A stretch of 64,000 nt of DNA from Minisyncoccota bacterium (lineage in GTDB: Bacteria; Patescibacteriota; Minisyncoccia; Phycocordibacterales; JABAAK01): the NCBI GenBank assembly GCA_958295675.1, contig OY282360.1, positions 466,026 through 530,025 of the forward strand. Reading direction: 5' to 3'. The notes beneath the pieces were generated by a model, which did no database searches, was not told the DNA's origin, and saw nothing but the letters and a program-made list of their open reading frames with translations. The translations under genes and the position numbers were made by a program. Shown in pieces: positions 20,611 to 31,148 of this stretch (positions within the stretch are counted from its first letter, which is position 1; each line of letters opens with the position of its first letter).

Positions 20611-21243
20611 TCATATAATATGTTTTGTCAATGAAAGCAAGGTTTCTTTATCGCCGTCTACATACAGACCTTCTCCGTTCCGCAACAGAACAATCTGATC
20701 AGCGGTCAGATGATATTTTTCACAAAAATCCCGTATAGCCGAGTCCATGGAGGAATCATAGTGAGGAATAATATGCCGAGAAACAAAATTAAAACCGCTG
20801 TAATCAGTCACCCCGTCAATATTTCTATCAGGATGCACCTCATCCGCTGAGGATATATCCGGCGATGCGATCACTGCTCCGGCACTGGAGCCGATATACA
20901 AGCCGCCGCGAGCACATAAAGCAAGTATCTGTTCACGAATAGACACAGATGAAACTTGTATGCTGCGCAAAAGGTGAAATGTATTGCCGCCGCAGACATA
21001 AATGAGATCAGTATCCGCATCAATTGATTCTCCTGCATCAAAATCAACAAAAGAAACTGTAAGACCCATATCCTCCAGTTGTTCCTTGGTTACCGCATTC
21101 CATGGCGCATGTTCTTTTTCCGGTCGAGCGGTAGTCACAATGTGCGCTTTGGTATACATCCGATCACGGACTATATTCCGAACTTTTTCCAGTATTGCCG
21201 GCGAACTAAAACCGCTTGACACCAACAATCCGTGAAACGCCAT
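20611..21243 (-). CDS. Peptidase S51 (dipeptidase E / cyanophycinase-like) family protein
   Basis: The nucleophile-elbow region GGLYIGSSAGAVIASPDI and the ~210-aa size are typical of the S51 family. Confidence 0.65.
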   Translation of the reverse strand: MAFHGLLVSSGFSSPAILEKVRNIVRDRMYTKAHIVTTARPEKEHAPWNAVTKEQLEDMGLTVSFVDFDAGESIDADTDLIYVCGGNTFHLLRSIQVSSVSIREQILALCARGGLYIGSSAGAVIASPDISSADEVHPDRNIDGVTDYSGFNFVSRHIIPHYDSSMDSAIRDFCEKYHLTADQIVLLRNGEGLYVDGDKETLLSLTKHII

Positions 21244-21244
21244 G

Positions 21245-21844
21245 CTATATCTTCCCTACTAAATCAGTACCCGGTGTCAGCGTTCTGTCGCCATCCGTCC
21301 AACTCGCCGGACACACCTGTCCGGGATGCTCACGCACATACTTCGCCGCTTTCACCTTCCGCAGCAATTCACGAGCCGATCTGCCGATGGAGTTATCATT
21401 CACCTCAACACCGCGAACAACTCCGTCAGGATCAATGATAACTGTCGCGCGATACGCAAGACCGTCTTCCTCGCAATAGACATTAAACGCATCAACAAAC
21501 TCATGCCGATGATCAGAACCCATAGCAAACTGCACCTTTCCGATTGTGTCGGATGTCTCATGCCACATCTTATGGGAAAACACGGTATCAGTGCTCATTG
21601 ACACAACTTCAACCTCTTCCTCACGAAACTCATCGTACAACGACGCAAGTTCACCGAGTTCAGTCGGACAAACAAAGGTAAAGTCACCGGGATAGAAAAA
21701 AAGAACCAACCACTTTCCGCGATACGCACGAACCGTGGTGTCCTGTATGTCACCGCCGACAAAGATCTTAAACGCCATATCTTCCGGCACAGTATCGCCG
21801 ACTGATATTGGTGTGATATATTCAAATGTATCCATAGTATCCAT
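21245..21844 (-). CDS. Peroxiredoxin (AhpC/TSA family)
   Basis: WLVLFFYPGDFTFVCPTELGE (peroxidatic Cys). The start is placed at the internal ATG 21844 (MDTMDTFEY). Confidence 0.85.
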   Translation of the reverse strand: MDTMDTFEYITPISVGDTVPEDMAFKIFVGGDIQDTTVRAYRGKWLVLFFYPGDFTFVCPTELGELASLYDEFREEEVEVVSMSTDTVFSHKMWHETSDTIGKVQFAMGSDHRHEFVDAFNVYCEEDGLAYRATVIIDPDGVVRGVEVNDNSIGRSARELLRKVKAAKYVREHPGQVCPASWTDGDRTLTPGTDLVGKI

Positions 21845-21995
21845 AATGATATTTTCTATATAATGCTGCAACTTGATAATATACATACAATATACCGCAC
21901 ATACGGACGATAATGCAACATACACAAAAGAAAATGAACATCCACTGTACAATCGGAGGGAGGAGAATGAATAAATATAGTATACTGCTTTCGGT

Positions 21996-22877
21996 ATGGC
22001 AGATATATGCAAAGAACTACGGAAACAACTGCATGAGTTAGATGTTCTGCGAGAATCGTGTGTATCTTTACTTGTCAGAAAAGGAATGGAATCTGCTGCG
22101 ACGAAGGAAACGATTGGAGAGTTTGATACACTTACGGAAGAATTGCATGATGCGGTGGTACTGTACAGACAGCCGTTTAATGAGCGTCTGGACGATATAG
22201 AGCGGAAGATGAAGAAGAAAGAAAACCTGACAAAATGGGAATACTGGGTGTTGTATGGTATAGATCTGCACCTGAAGGGTGGGAATCATGAGGAAAGAGA
22301 AAGACGAAAAGATATGGTGAAAAGATGGAGAAGTGATGAAGAAAAGAAACAAGATCTCGCACTTGCGCTTGACATCATTCCCGATCGTATTTCCGTGACT
22401 GAAAAAGAAGCACTTTCCGGTAACATACAGTACCATTATGGTGGTTTATGTCCGCCGGGTCATTTACATCCACCCCGTGGCATCGCCTCCACTTCTGGTG
22501 ATGAACTTATACTGCCTGAGGAGATTAGTGGTGGTCTTACTCTTAGTGCTCTCATCTCCGTACATAAACTTACCTTACCAAAAGAAATTGGTGGTTTTCT
22601 GATGCTTGACAATCTTACTTCTGCCGGCGCCGGACTGACTATGCCGGAGAAAGTTGGTGGTAGTCTGCACCTTGACAATCTCAAATCCATAAAGATTAAG
22701 CTCACTATGCCGAAGAAGGTTGGTGATAATCTGAATATTAGCGGACTCAGATCCATAAATACTAAGATCACCTTTCCGGAGGAGGTTGAAGGTATTATAT
22801 ATGTAAACAAAGCACTACCAGAAAACGAGAAAGAAGAACTGGAGAGACGATATCCGGGTAAGATTCGTGAGGTATAA
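21996..22877 (+). CDS. Member 1 of the MADICKELRK paralog family (293 aa; ~5 repeats)
   Basis: Conserved ~150-aa N-terminus, 20-aa repeats (L.L..L.SI.T.LTMP..VGG) and a conserved C-terminus ...ALPENEKEELERRYPGKIREV. Confidence 0.8.
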   Translation: MADICKELRKQLHELDVLRESCVSLLVRKGMESAATKETIGEFDTLTEELHDAVVLYRQPFNERLDDIERKMKKKENLTKWEYWVLYGIDLHLKGGNHEERERRKDMVKRWRSDEEKKQDLALALDIIPDRISVTEKEALSGNIQYHYGGLCPPGHLHPPRGIASTSGDELILPEEISGGLTLSALISVHKLTLPKEIGGFLMLDNLTSAGAGLTMPEKVGGSLHLDNLKSIKIKLTMPKKVGDNLNISGLRSINTKITFPEEVEGIIYVNKALPENEKEELERRYPGKIREV

Positions 22878-22909
22878 ATTTTAGTGAACCATGCTATCTT
22901 ACTCTTGGT

Positions 22910-24103
22910 ATGGCAGATATATGCAAAGAACTGCGGAAACAGTTACATGAGTTAGATGTTCTACGGAAAACTTGCGGCTCTTTGCTTCTCAGAGAAGGAA
23001 TAGAATCTGATACGGCGAAGAAAGCGGTTAGGGAGTTTGATACGCTGGCGGAAGAATTGCGTAGTGAAGTTGCGTTCTACAAACAACCATATAGCAAGCG
23101 TTTAGACGGCATAGAACGGAAGATAAATAATGATGAGAACCTGACAAAATGGGAATGCCGGGTGCTGTACAATGTAGACTGGTACCCGGGAATTATAAAT
23201 TTTGAAAATGAAGGAGAGAATAGACAAGAAGACATGGAAAAAAAGAGAAGCGATGAAGAGAAGAAACAGGATCTCGCGCTCGTGTTTGACACTACTCCCA
23301 ATCATATTTCTCTGACTGAAGAAGAAGCACTTTCCGGTAATATACGATATCATTATGGTGTTCTGACTTTTCGCTGGGAATCCATAGATACTGAGCTCAC
23401 TATGCCGGAGGAGGTTGGTCGTGGTCTGGATCTCAGGAGCATCACATCCATAAAGACTAATCTCACTATGCCGAAGAAGGTTGGTGGTGATCTGGATCTT
23501 TGCAATCTCAAATCCATAGATGCTGATCTCACTATGCCGGAGGAGGTTGGTGGTAATCTGGACTTCCTTTATCTCACATCCATAGATACTGATCTCACTA
23601 TGCCGAGAAAGATTGGTGGCTATCTGAATCTTGGCAATCTCAAATCCATAAATACTAAACTCACCATGCCGAAGAAGGTTGGTGGTGATCTGTATCTTAA
23701 CGGTCTCACATCCATAAAGACTAATCTCACTATGCCGGAGGAGGTTGGTGGTAATCTGCATCTTGGCGCTCTCACATCAATAAATACTAAACTCACCATG
23801 CCGAAAAAGGTTCGTGCCAATTTGGATCTTGGCGGACTCATATCCATAGATACTGATCTCACTATGCCGGAGGTGGTTACTGGCGATTTGTCTCTCAAAA
23901 AGCTCGCCTCCGCAAAGGAACTCATCCTCCCAGAAGAAATCAGGAGAAGCTTGTACCTCAACGGTCTCACCACTACCCAAGGTGTCGTCAAATGGCCATC
24001 AAAGGTTGGGCTTGTTGTGTATATAAACGAAGCACTGCCGCAGGAAGAGAGAGAAGAATTGGAGAAACGATATCCGGGTAAGATTCGTCGTGTAACAATT
24101 TAG
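22910..24103 (+). CDS. MADICKELRK family member 2 (397 aa; ~11 repeats)
   Basis: Same N- and C-terminal domains. The conserved intergenic junction (gtgaaccatgctatcttactcttggtATGGCAGATATATGC) precedes the start. Confidence 0.8.
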   Translation: MADICKELRKQLHELDVLRKTCGSLLLREGIESDTAKKAVREFDTLAEELRSEVAFYKQPYSKRLDGIERKINNDENLTKWECRVLYNVDWYPGIINFENEGENRQEDMEKKRSDEEKKQDLALVFDTTPNHISLTEEEALSGNIRYHYGVLTFRWESIDTELTMPEEVGRGLDLRSITSIKTNLTMPKKVGGDLDLCNLKSIDADLTMPEEVGGNLDFLYLTSIDTDLTMPRKIGGYLNLGNLKSINTKLTMPKKVGGDLYLNGLTSIKTNLTMPEEVGGNLHLGALTSINTKLTMPKKVRANLDLGGLISIDTDLTMPEVVTGDLSLKKLASAKELILPEEIRRSLYLNGLTTTQGVVKWPSKVGLVVYINEALPQEEREELEKRYPGKIRRVTI

Positions 24104-24128
24104 TGAACCATGCTATCTTACTCTTGGT

Positions 24129-25649
24129 ATGGCGGATATATGCAAAGAACTGCGGAAACAGTTACATGAGCTGGATACACTGCGGAAATCGTGTGGCTCT
24201 TTGCTTCTCAGAGAAGGAATGGAATCTGATGCGGCAAAGGAAACAGTTAGAAAGTTTGATACACTTGCGGAAGAATTGCGTGATGATGTTGCATTTTATA
24301 GACAACCGTTTGATGAGCGTTTGGACGATATAGAGCGGAAGATGAAGAAGAAAGAGAATCTGACAAAATGGGAATGTCGGGTGCTGTATGGTATAGATTG
24401 GTATCCGGGAGGTGCTGAGTATGAGGACGATAAAAGACGAAAAGAAATTGTAGAAAAATGGAGAAATGACGAAGAAAAGAAACAGGATCTCGCATGTGCG
24501 CTTGACATTACACCTGATCGTATTTCCGTGACTAAAGAAGAAGCACTTTCCGGTACCATACGATACCATTACGGTGCTCTGAATCTTGGCGGACTCATAT
24601 CCATAGATACTGATCTCACTATGCCGGAGGAGGTTGGTGGTGGTCTGTGGCTCAACGGTCTCACATCCATAAAGACTGATCTCACTATGCCGAAGGAGGT
24701 TGGTGGTCATCTGGATCTCCGCACTCTCACATCCATAAAGACTAAGCTCACTATGCCGAAGAAGATTGGTCGTTATCTGGATCTCCGCAGTCTCACATCC
24801 ATAGATACTGATCTCACTATGCCGGAGGAGGTTGGTGGTGATCTGTATCTCCACAAACTCACATCCATAAATACTGAGATCACCATGCCGGAGGAGGTTG
24901 GTCGTGATCTGTATCTTGGTGGACTCACATCCATAGATACTAAATACACTATGCCGAAGAAGATTGGTGGTGAACTGGATCTTTGCGGACTCACATCCAT
25001 AAATAATGAGCTCACTATGCCGGAGGAGGTTGGTAGTGATCTGTATCTTAACAATCTCAAATCCATAGATACTGATCTCACTATGCCGAAGAAGATTGGT
25101 CGTTATCTGGATCTCCGCAGTCTCAAATCCATAAAGACTGATCTTACTATGCCGGAGAAAGTTGGCACTAATCTGCAACTCAGCAGTCTCAAATCCATAG
25201 ATACTGATCTCACTATGCCGAAGGAGGTTGGTGGTGAACTGAATCTTAGCGGACTCACATCCATAAATACTAAGATCACTATGCCGAAGGAGGTTGGTGG
25301 TGATCTGTACCTCCACAAACTCACATCCATAGATACTGAGATCACTATGCCGGAGGAGGTTGGTGGTGATCTGTATCTTGACAATCTCAGATCTATAGAT
25401 ACTAAATTCACTATGCCGGAGGAGGTTGGTGGTGATCTGCAACTTGGCAATCTCAAATCCATAGATGCTGAGCTCACTATGCCGGAGGAGGTTGGTGATA
25501 ATCTGTATCTTGGTGGACTCACATCCACTCAAGGTATCACTGATTGGTCATCAAAGATTGGAGGTGTTATATATGTAAACGAAGCACTGCCAGGCAATGA
25601 GAAAGCAGCACTGGAGAAACGGTATCCGGGTAAGGTAGAATACAGGTGA
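24129..25649 (+). CDS. MADICKELRK family member 3 (506 aa; ~17 repeats)
   Basis: As above. This is the longest repeat array, made of LTSIDTDLTMPEEVGGDLYL-type units. Confidence 0.8.
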   Translation: MADICKELRKQLHELDTLRKSCGSLLLREGMESDAAKETVRKFDTLAEELRDDVAFYRQPFDERLDDIERKMKKKENLTKWECRVLYGIDWYPGGAEYEDDKRRKEIVEKWRNDEEKKQDLACALDITPDRISVTKEEALSGTIRYHYGALNLGGLISIDTDLTMPEEVGGGLWLNGLTSIKTDLTMPKEVGGHLDLRTLTSIKTKLTMPKKIGRYLDLRSLTSIDTDLTMPEEVGGDLYLHKLTSINTEITMPEEVGRDLYLGGLTSIDTKYTMPKKIGGELDLCGLTSINNELTMPEEVGSDLYLNNLKSIDTDLTMPKKIGRYLDLRSLKSIKTDLTMPEKVGTNLQLSSLKSIDTDLTMPKEVGGELNLSGLTSINTKITMPKEVGGDLYLHKLTSIDTEITMPEEVGGDLYLDNLRSIDTKFTMPEEVGGDLQLGNLKSIDAELTMPEEVGDNLYLGGLTSTQGITDWSSKIGGVIYVNEALPGNEKAALEKRYPGKVEYR

Positions 25650-25671
25650 ACCATGCTACCTTACTCTTGGT

Positions 25672-26532
25672 ATGGCGGATATATGCAAAGAACTGCGAAA
25701 ACAGTTACATGAGTTGGATGTCCTGCGTGAATCCTGTGTCTCAGTGCTTGTCAGAGAAGGAATAGAATCCGATACAGCAAAGGAAACGATTAAGAAATTT
25801 GATGCACTGGCAGAAGAATTGCGTGACAATGCTGTATTTTACAAACAACCGTTCAGTACACATTTGGATCGTATAGAGTGGAAGATAAATAATGATGAGA
25901 ACCTGACGAAATGGGAATACTGGGTGTTGTATGGTATAGATCAGCACCTGAAAGCTAACAATTATAAAGAAAAACGAAGACGAAGAGATATGGTGACAAA
26001 ATGGAGAAGCGACGAAGAAAAGAAACGGGATCTCGCATTTCTATTTGACACTACTCCTGACCGTATTTCTTTGACCGCAAAAGAAGCATGTTCCGGTACT
26101 ATACGATATCATTACGATGATCTGAATCTTGGTATTGTCACAGCCATATATTATGAATCCACTATGCCGGAGGAGGTTGGTGGTGATCTGTATTTTGGCA
26201 ATCTCAGACTCATACGGTATAAGACCACTATGCCGAAGAAGATTGGTGGTGAACTGGATCTTTGCGGACTCACATCCATAAATAATGAGCTCACTATGCC
26301 GGAGGAGGTTGGTGGTGGTCTGTGGCTCAACGGTCTCACATCCATAAAGACTGATCTCACTATGCCGAAGGAGGTTGGTGGTGATCTGCATCTCAATAAT
26401 CTAACTAGCACGCAAGGTATCACTAACTGGCCTGTCAAAATTATAGGAACTGTGAAAATAAACACAGCACTACCGAAAAATGAGAAAGTGGAAATGGAGA
26501 AACGGTATCCGGGTAAGGTAGAATACAGGTGA
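25672..26532 (+). CDS. MADICKELRK family member 4 (286 aa)
   Basis: As above. Confidence 0.8.
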   Translation: MADICKELRKQLHELDVLRESCVSVLVREGIESDTAKETIKKFDALAEELRDNAVFYKQPFSTHLDRIEWKINNDENLTKWEYWVLYGIDQHLKANNYKEKRRRRDMVTKWRSDEEKKRDLAFLFDTTPDRISLTAKEACSGTIRYHYDDLNLGIVTAIYYESTMPEEVGGDLYFGNLRLIRYKTTMPKKIGGELDLCGLTSINNELTMPEEVGGGLWLNGLTSIKTDLTMPKEVGGDLHLNNLTSTQGITNWPVKIIGTVKINTALPKNEKVEMEKRYPGKVEYR

Positions 26533-26554
26533 ACCATGCTACCTTACTTTTGGT

Positions 26555-27496
26555 ATGGCAGACACAACCAGAAAGAGAAACATATGCGAAGAACTGCGGG
26601 AACAATTGAATAAATTGGACATTCTGCGGAAATCGTGTGGCTCTTTGCTTCTCAGAGAAGGAATAGAATCTGATGCGGCAAAGAAAACGATTGGAAAGTT
26701 TGATACGCTGGCGGAAGAATTACATGATGCGGTGGTACTGTACAGACAGCCGTTTAATGAGCGTTTAAACGGTATAGAGTGGAAGATAAAGAACAAAAAG
26801 GACCTGACAAAATGGGAATGTCGGGTGTTGTATGAGATTGATTGGTATTCGGAATTTTATGAGCATGAGGAGGATTTAAGACGGGAAGATATAGAAGTAA
26901 GGAGGAGTGACAAAGAAAAGAAACAGGATCTTGCGCTTGCGTTTGATACCACTCCTAACCGTATTTCCGTGACCGAAGAAGAAGCGATATCAGGCGATAT
27001 ACGGTACCATTACGGTCTTCTGGATCTTAGCAAACTCACATCCATAGATACTGAACTTACCATGCCGAAGGAGGTTGGTGGTGATCTGTTTCTTGGCGAT
27101 CTCAAATCCATAGATACTAAATGCATTATGCCGGAGAAGGTTGGTGGTGGTCTGTATCTTGACAATCTCAGATCTATAGATACTAAATGCACTATGCCGA
27201 AGGAGGTTGGTGGTATTCTGAGTCTTCGCGGACTCACATCCATAAAGACTAAATTCACTCTGCCGGAGGTGGTTGGTGGTCCTCTGAACTTCCTTAATCT
27301 CGAATCCATAGACACTGATCTCACTATGCCGGAGGTAGTTGGTGGTGACCTGTATCTCAATAATCTAACTAGCACGCAAGGTATCACTAACTGGCCTGTC
27401 AAAATTATAGGAACTGTACATGTGAATCAAGCACTGCCAGACAACGAGAAAGCAGCACTGGAGAAACGGTATCCGGGTAAGATTCGTCAGGTATAA
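26555..27496 (+). CDS. MADICKELRK family member 5 (313 aa; N-terminus variant MADTTRKRNICEELREQL)
   Basis: As above. Confidence 0.8.
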   Translation: MADTTRKRNICEELREQLNKLDILRKSCGSLLLREGIESDAAKKTIGKFDTLAEELHDAVVLYRQPFNERLNGIEWKIKNKKDLTKWECRVLYEIDWYSEFYEHEEDLRREDIEVRRSDKEKKQDLALAFDTTPNRISVTEEEAISGDIRYHYGLLDLSKLTSIDTELTMPKEVGGDLFLGDLKSIDTKCIMPEKVGGGLYLDNLRSIDTKCTMPKEVGGILSLRGLTSIKTKFTLPEVVGGPLNFLNLESIDTDLTMPEVVGGDLYLNNLTSTQGITNWPVKIIGTVHVNQALPDNEKAALEKRYPGKIRQV

Positions 27497-27528
27497 ATTT
27501 TAGTGAACCATGCTACCTTACTCTTGGT

Positions 27529-28482
27529 ATGGCGGATATATGCACAGAACTGCGAAAACAACTGCATGAGTTAGATGTTCTGCGGGAATCGTGTGGCTCT
27601 TTGCTTCTCAGAGAAGGAATAGAATCCGATACAGCAAAGGAAACGGTTAGGAAATTTGATGCACTGGCGGAAGAATTGCATGATGCGGTTGCATTGTACA
27701 AACAGCCGTTCAGTGAGCGTTTGGACAACATAGAACGGAAGATGGAGGACAAGAAGAACCTGACAAAATGGGAATGTCGGGTGCTGTATGGTATAAATCT
27801 GCACTTGAATGGTATAGATCTGCACTTGAAAGGTAGCAGTTATGAGGAAAAAAAAAGACGACAAGATATGGTAGAAAAATGGAGAAGTGACGAAGAAAAG
27901 AAACGGGATCTCGCACTCGCGCTTGACATCATTCCCGATCGTATTTCCGTGACTGAAGAAGAAGCACTTTCCGGTAACATACGATATCATTACGATGATC
28001 TGAATCTTGGTGGACTCACATCCATAAACATAAAGACTGAGATCACTATGCCAGAGGAAGTTAGTGGTAATCTGAATCTCTTTTTTCTCAAATCCATAGA
28101 TACTAATTTCACCTTTCCGGAGAATATTGATGGTTATCTGAGCCTACACAAACTCACATCCATAGATACTGAGATCACTATGCCAGAGGAGGTTGGTGGT
28201 GAGCTGGATCTTGAAAGTCTCACATCCATAAAAACTAAGCTCACTATGCCGAAGAAGATTGGTGATTATCTGAGCCTACACAGTCTCACATCCATAGACA
28301 CTGATCTCACTATGCCGGAGGTAGTTGGTGGTGACCTGTATCTCAATAATCTAACTAGCACGCAAGGTATCACTAACTGGCCTGTCAAAATTATAGGAAC
28401 TGTACATGTGAATCAAGCACTGCCAGACAACGAGAAAGCAGCACTGGAGAAACGGTATCCGGGTAAGATTCGTCAGGTATAA
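27529..28482 (+). CDS. MADICKELRK family member 6 (317 aa)
   Basis: As above. Its C-terminal 50 aa are identical to those of member 5. Confidence 0.8.
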   Translation: MADICTELRKQLHELDVLRESCGSLLLREGIESDTAKETVRKFDALAEELHDAVALYKQPFSERLDNIERKMEDKKNLTKWECRVLYGINLHLNGIDLHLKGSSYEEKKRRQDMVEKWRSDEEKKRDLALALDIIPDRISVTEEEALSGNIRYHYDDLNLGGLTSINIKTEITMPEEVSGNLNLFFLKSIDTNFTFPENIDGYLSLHKLTSIDTEITMPEEVGGELDLESLTSIKTKLTMPKKIGDYLSLHSLTSIDTDLTMPEVVGGDLYLNNLTSTQGITNWPVKIIGTVHVNQALPDNEKAALEKRYPGKIRQV

Positions 28483-28514
28483 ATTTTAGTGAACCATGCT
28501 ACCTTACTCTTGGT

Positions 28515-29327
28515 ATGGCGGATATATGCACAGAACTGCGAAAACAACTGCATGAGTTAGATGTTCTGCGGAAATCGTGTGGCTCTTTGCATCTCAAAGA
28601 AGGAATGGAATCTGATGCGGCAAAGGAAACGATTGGAAAGTTTGATACGCTGGCGGAAGAATTGCGTGATGCTGCGGTATTCTACAAACAGCCGTATAAC
28701 GAGTGCCTGAAGGGTATAGAGTGGAAGATAAAGAACAAAAAGAACCTGACAAAGTGGGAATGTCGGGTGCTATACCGTGTGGACAGTAAGCATCCGGGAG
28801 GTATCAATGCTATTGATATGGAAAGGCAACTTTTTCTAGAGAAAAGGAGAAGTGACAAAGAGAAGAAACAGGATCTCGCGCTCGTGTTTGATACCACTTC
28901 CAATCGTATTTCTTTGACTGAAGAAGAAGCACTTTCCGGTAACATACGGTACCATTACGGTGATTTAGATCTTGAAGGCATTACTGACGCTCAAGAACTT
29001 AAGGATCTCACACTACCGGAAGAAGTTAGTGGTAATATGGATCTCTATCATCTTATCTCTGCTGAAGGATTCACGCTGCCAAGAAAAATTGGTGGCACTC
29101 TAGATCTCAGCAATCTCACCTCTGCTGAGAAACTTACACTACCGGAGGAGATCAATTTATTTTTATATATCCAAAATCTCACCACTGTCCAAGGTATTAT
29201 CAAATGGCCATCAAATGTTGGGGGTGCAGTGTACACAAACATTGCATTACCCCCGAAAGAGGCGGAAAAACTAAGGAAACGATATCCGAATAAAGTTGTT
29301 TGTTTTGATTCGGATATAGGAAGCTAA
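28515..29327 (+). CDS. MADICKELRK family member 7 (270 aa; divergent LTSAE-type repeats)
   Basis: Conserved N-terminus. The repeats (LTLPEEVSGNMDLYHLISAEGFTLPRKIGGTLDLSNLTSAEKLTLPEE) resemble those of member 9. Confidence 0.75.
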   Translation: MADICTELRKQLHELDVLRKSCGSLHLKEGMESDAAKETIGKFDTLAEELRDAAVFYKQPYNECLKGIEWKIKNKKNLTKWECRVLYRVDSKHPGGINAIDMERQLFLEKRRSDKEKKQDLALVFDTTSNRISLTEEEALSGNIRYHYGDLDLEGITDAQELKDLTLPEEVSGNMDLYHLISAEGFTLPRKIGGTLDLSNLTSAEKLTLPEEINLFLYIQNLTTVQGIIKWPSNVGGAVYTNIALPPKEAEKLRKRYPNKVVCFDSDIGS

Positions 29328-29339
29328 AGAAAGATATTG

Positions 29340-29390
29340 TATTAATCTTATTTCTACGAAAAGAGCCGGTACACAAAAAAATGCTCCGCG
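29340..29390. terminator. Bidirectional hairpin terminator (tgctccgcgtcaacggagca) between convergent genes
   Basis: aaaaaaatgctccgcgtcaacggagcactt lies between the stop of member 7 (+) and the stop of the HAD gene (-). Confidence 0.5.
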
Positions 29391-29972
29391 TCAACGGAGC
29401 ACTTGTGAATTACCGGCAATGTCCTGAATAACTCTGTACAACGCATTCCACGAGTCAACTCGTGTAACGGAAGAACTGACAGAATCATTGCGGTTGTTTG
29501 CCCACAAAAACATGCACAGATTCGGCACAATGCCGACGAGATGCTCAAGGACTTCAGCACTATCGTCAACAAAGAAATCAAGTCCGGTGGCAGCAGATGC
29601 CTTGCTTTCCTTCCAACCGACACCAGTAAACGGAAGATGCAGACCGTGTGTTTCTGACCACAAACGAGCGGTTTCAAGCGCAACATCTCTGCGCGCGGTA
29701 ATCACACGCACATCATGCCCTTCGGCAAGAAGTTGACCGATGCACTCAACGGCACCTTTGACTGGTTTGGTTCGAAAAAGAAAATCCGTATTGTAAATGA
29801 GCGGATGAAACTCATCGTAGTACTGCTCACGAGTGAGTATTCCCTTTTCCAACATCACTGAGGACCGCAAATCCGCCGGATCAACATCTATACCGCACAA
29901 CTCCCGTATGCCGAGCGTTTTCACCTCCTCATCGTTCGCGATGACACCGTCAAAATCAAGTCCGAGACGCAT
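29391..29972 (-). CDS. HAD-superfamily hydrolase (5'(3')-deoxyribonucleotidase-like)
   Basis: N-terminal HAD motif I LGLDFDGVIAND. The ~190-aa size is typical of NT5C-like HAD phosphatases. Confidence 0.5.
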   Translation of the reverse strand: MRLGLDFDGVIANDEEVKTLGIRELCGIDVDPADLRSSVMLEKGILTREQYYDEFHPLIYNTDFLFRTKPVKGAVECIGQLLAEGHDVRVITARRDVALETARLWSETHGLHLPFTGVGWKESKASAATGLDFFVDDSAEVLEHLVGIVPNLCMFLWANNRNDSVSSSVTRVDSWNALYRVIQDIAGNSQVLR

Positions 29973-30036
29973 GGTTTCCTCCTATTCAATGCCGTCTGGA
30001 TGCAGTATACCATAAAATGCTCCGCGAAATATGTGA

Positions 30037-30480
30037 CTACTTACCGCAGCACTTCGGACACTTACAACCGTAAGGTTTGATAAAATCATTGAAATATTCT
30101 TTCCCGTAATCATAAGAAAGCTCCTCACCATCTTTAATATTCCGGCGCGCATAGATATAGATTTTTCCACGCACAATATCTGTCTCACAATTCGGACGGC
30201 AGGAATGATTAATGTATCGCGCCATATTGTACCGCGGTGTGCCGTCCACTACCTTCCTGCTATTCACTTCAAAAAGATACTTTCCTTTCTTTGTATCCGC
30301 TTCTTCCGGCGTGAGTATCGGTCCGTAATACTCAATAACAAAATCACCTCGTTTAATATTTTCACCGGCAAAAAGACCGAATCCGGCGGATGACTTTCCG
30401 ACTGTATATGTATATTTACCGACACGCGGGCGATGTATAGCAACATGCGACTTCCCGCCTTTTTTCAGTGTTCTCTGCAT
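30037..30480 (-). CDS. SET-domain protein-lysine methyltransferase-like protein with C-terminal Cys cluster
   Basis: GFGLFAGENIKRGDFVIEYYG...ARYINHSCRPNCE...ELSYDY (SET motifs NHSC and ELxxDY), followed by a post-SET-like CKCPKCCGK. Confidence 0.8.
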   Translation of the reverse strand: MQRTLKKGGKSHVAIHRPRVGKYTYTVGKSSAGFGLFAGENIKRGDFVIEYYGPILTPEEADTKKGKYLFEVNSRKVVDGTPRYNMARYINHSCRPNCETDIVRGKIYIYARRNIKDGEELSYDYGKEYFNDFIKPYGCKCPKCCGK

Positions 30481-30572
30481 ATACCCTGCAGTATGACAGC
30501 AGTATGCTAAACCGCCCGCGCATCGGTGGAATACTTAACGACATACTTGCTTGCTTTTGGTATGCCGAACAT

Positions 30573-31148
30573 CTACGGCAGTGCAATACCCTCCTGACGG
30601 GCAATGGTGGCAAGCGCGTGAAATATACGAAGATGCAGTTCGGCATCATAGAGTGCCGAATGTCGTTTATCTTCCTCATTTTCAATACCGAGCGTCTCAA
30701 GCATAGTGGTCATACCGGCAGTGCCGAGCACCATAAGCGAAAGTGATGAGATGTCCATCGTTCGCCGTGAAAGCGGCAATTTAGAATCAGTCCGGTAAGT
30801 GTCCCAAAGCGCATCCAACATTAAATAATCAAAATATGCATTCGCGGCAATGATATGCAAATCGGTATCCGCATCAATGCCATACCGCTTCACTATCTCC
30901 TGCTCAAACTCTCTGAGAAACTGTTCCGCATCAATGCCGTGTGTCTGCGCCGCTTCTCTGCCGATACCATGTACTTCTTCAGCTTCTGTATCCCAGGAAA
31001 ATGTGTCAGGCACATAATTAATATTCCATTCCTTTTTCCCTTTCGGCTGCAGATGTTCATCCAAATATATGACACCACATTGAATAACCTGTGATGAACA
31101 AAAATCAACGCCGGTAGTTTCAGTGTCTAAAGCGATAAATCTATGCAT
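30573..31148 (-). CDS. DEDDh 3'-5' exonuclease (DnaQ/epsilon-like)
   Basis: Exo I motif FIALDTETTG and the ~190-aa size. Confidence 0.7.
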   Translation of the reverse strand: MHRFIALDTETTGVDFCSSQVIQCGVIYLDEHLQPKGKKEWNINYVPDTFSWDTEAEEVHGIGREAAQTHGIDAEQFLREFEQEIVKRYGIDADTDLHIIAANAYFDYLMLDALWDTYRTDSKLPLSRRTMDISSLSLMVLGTAGMTTMLETLGIENEEDKRHSALYDAELHLRIFHALATIARQEGIALP

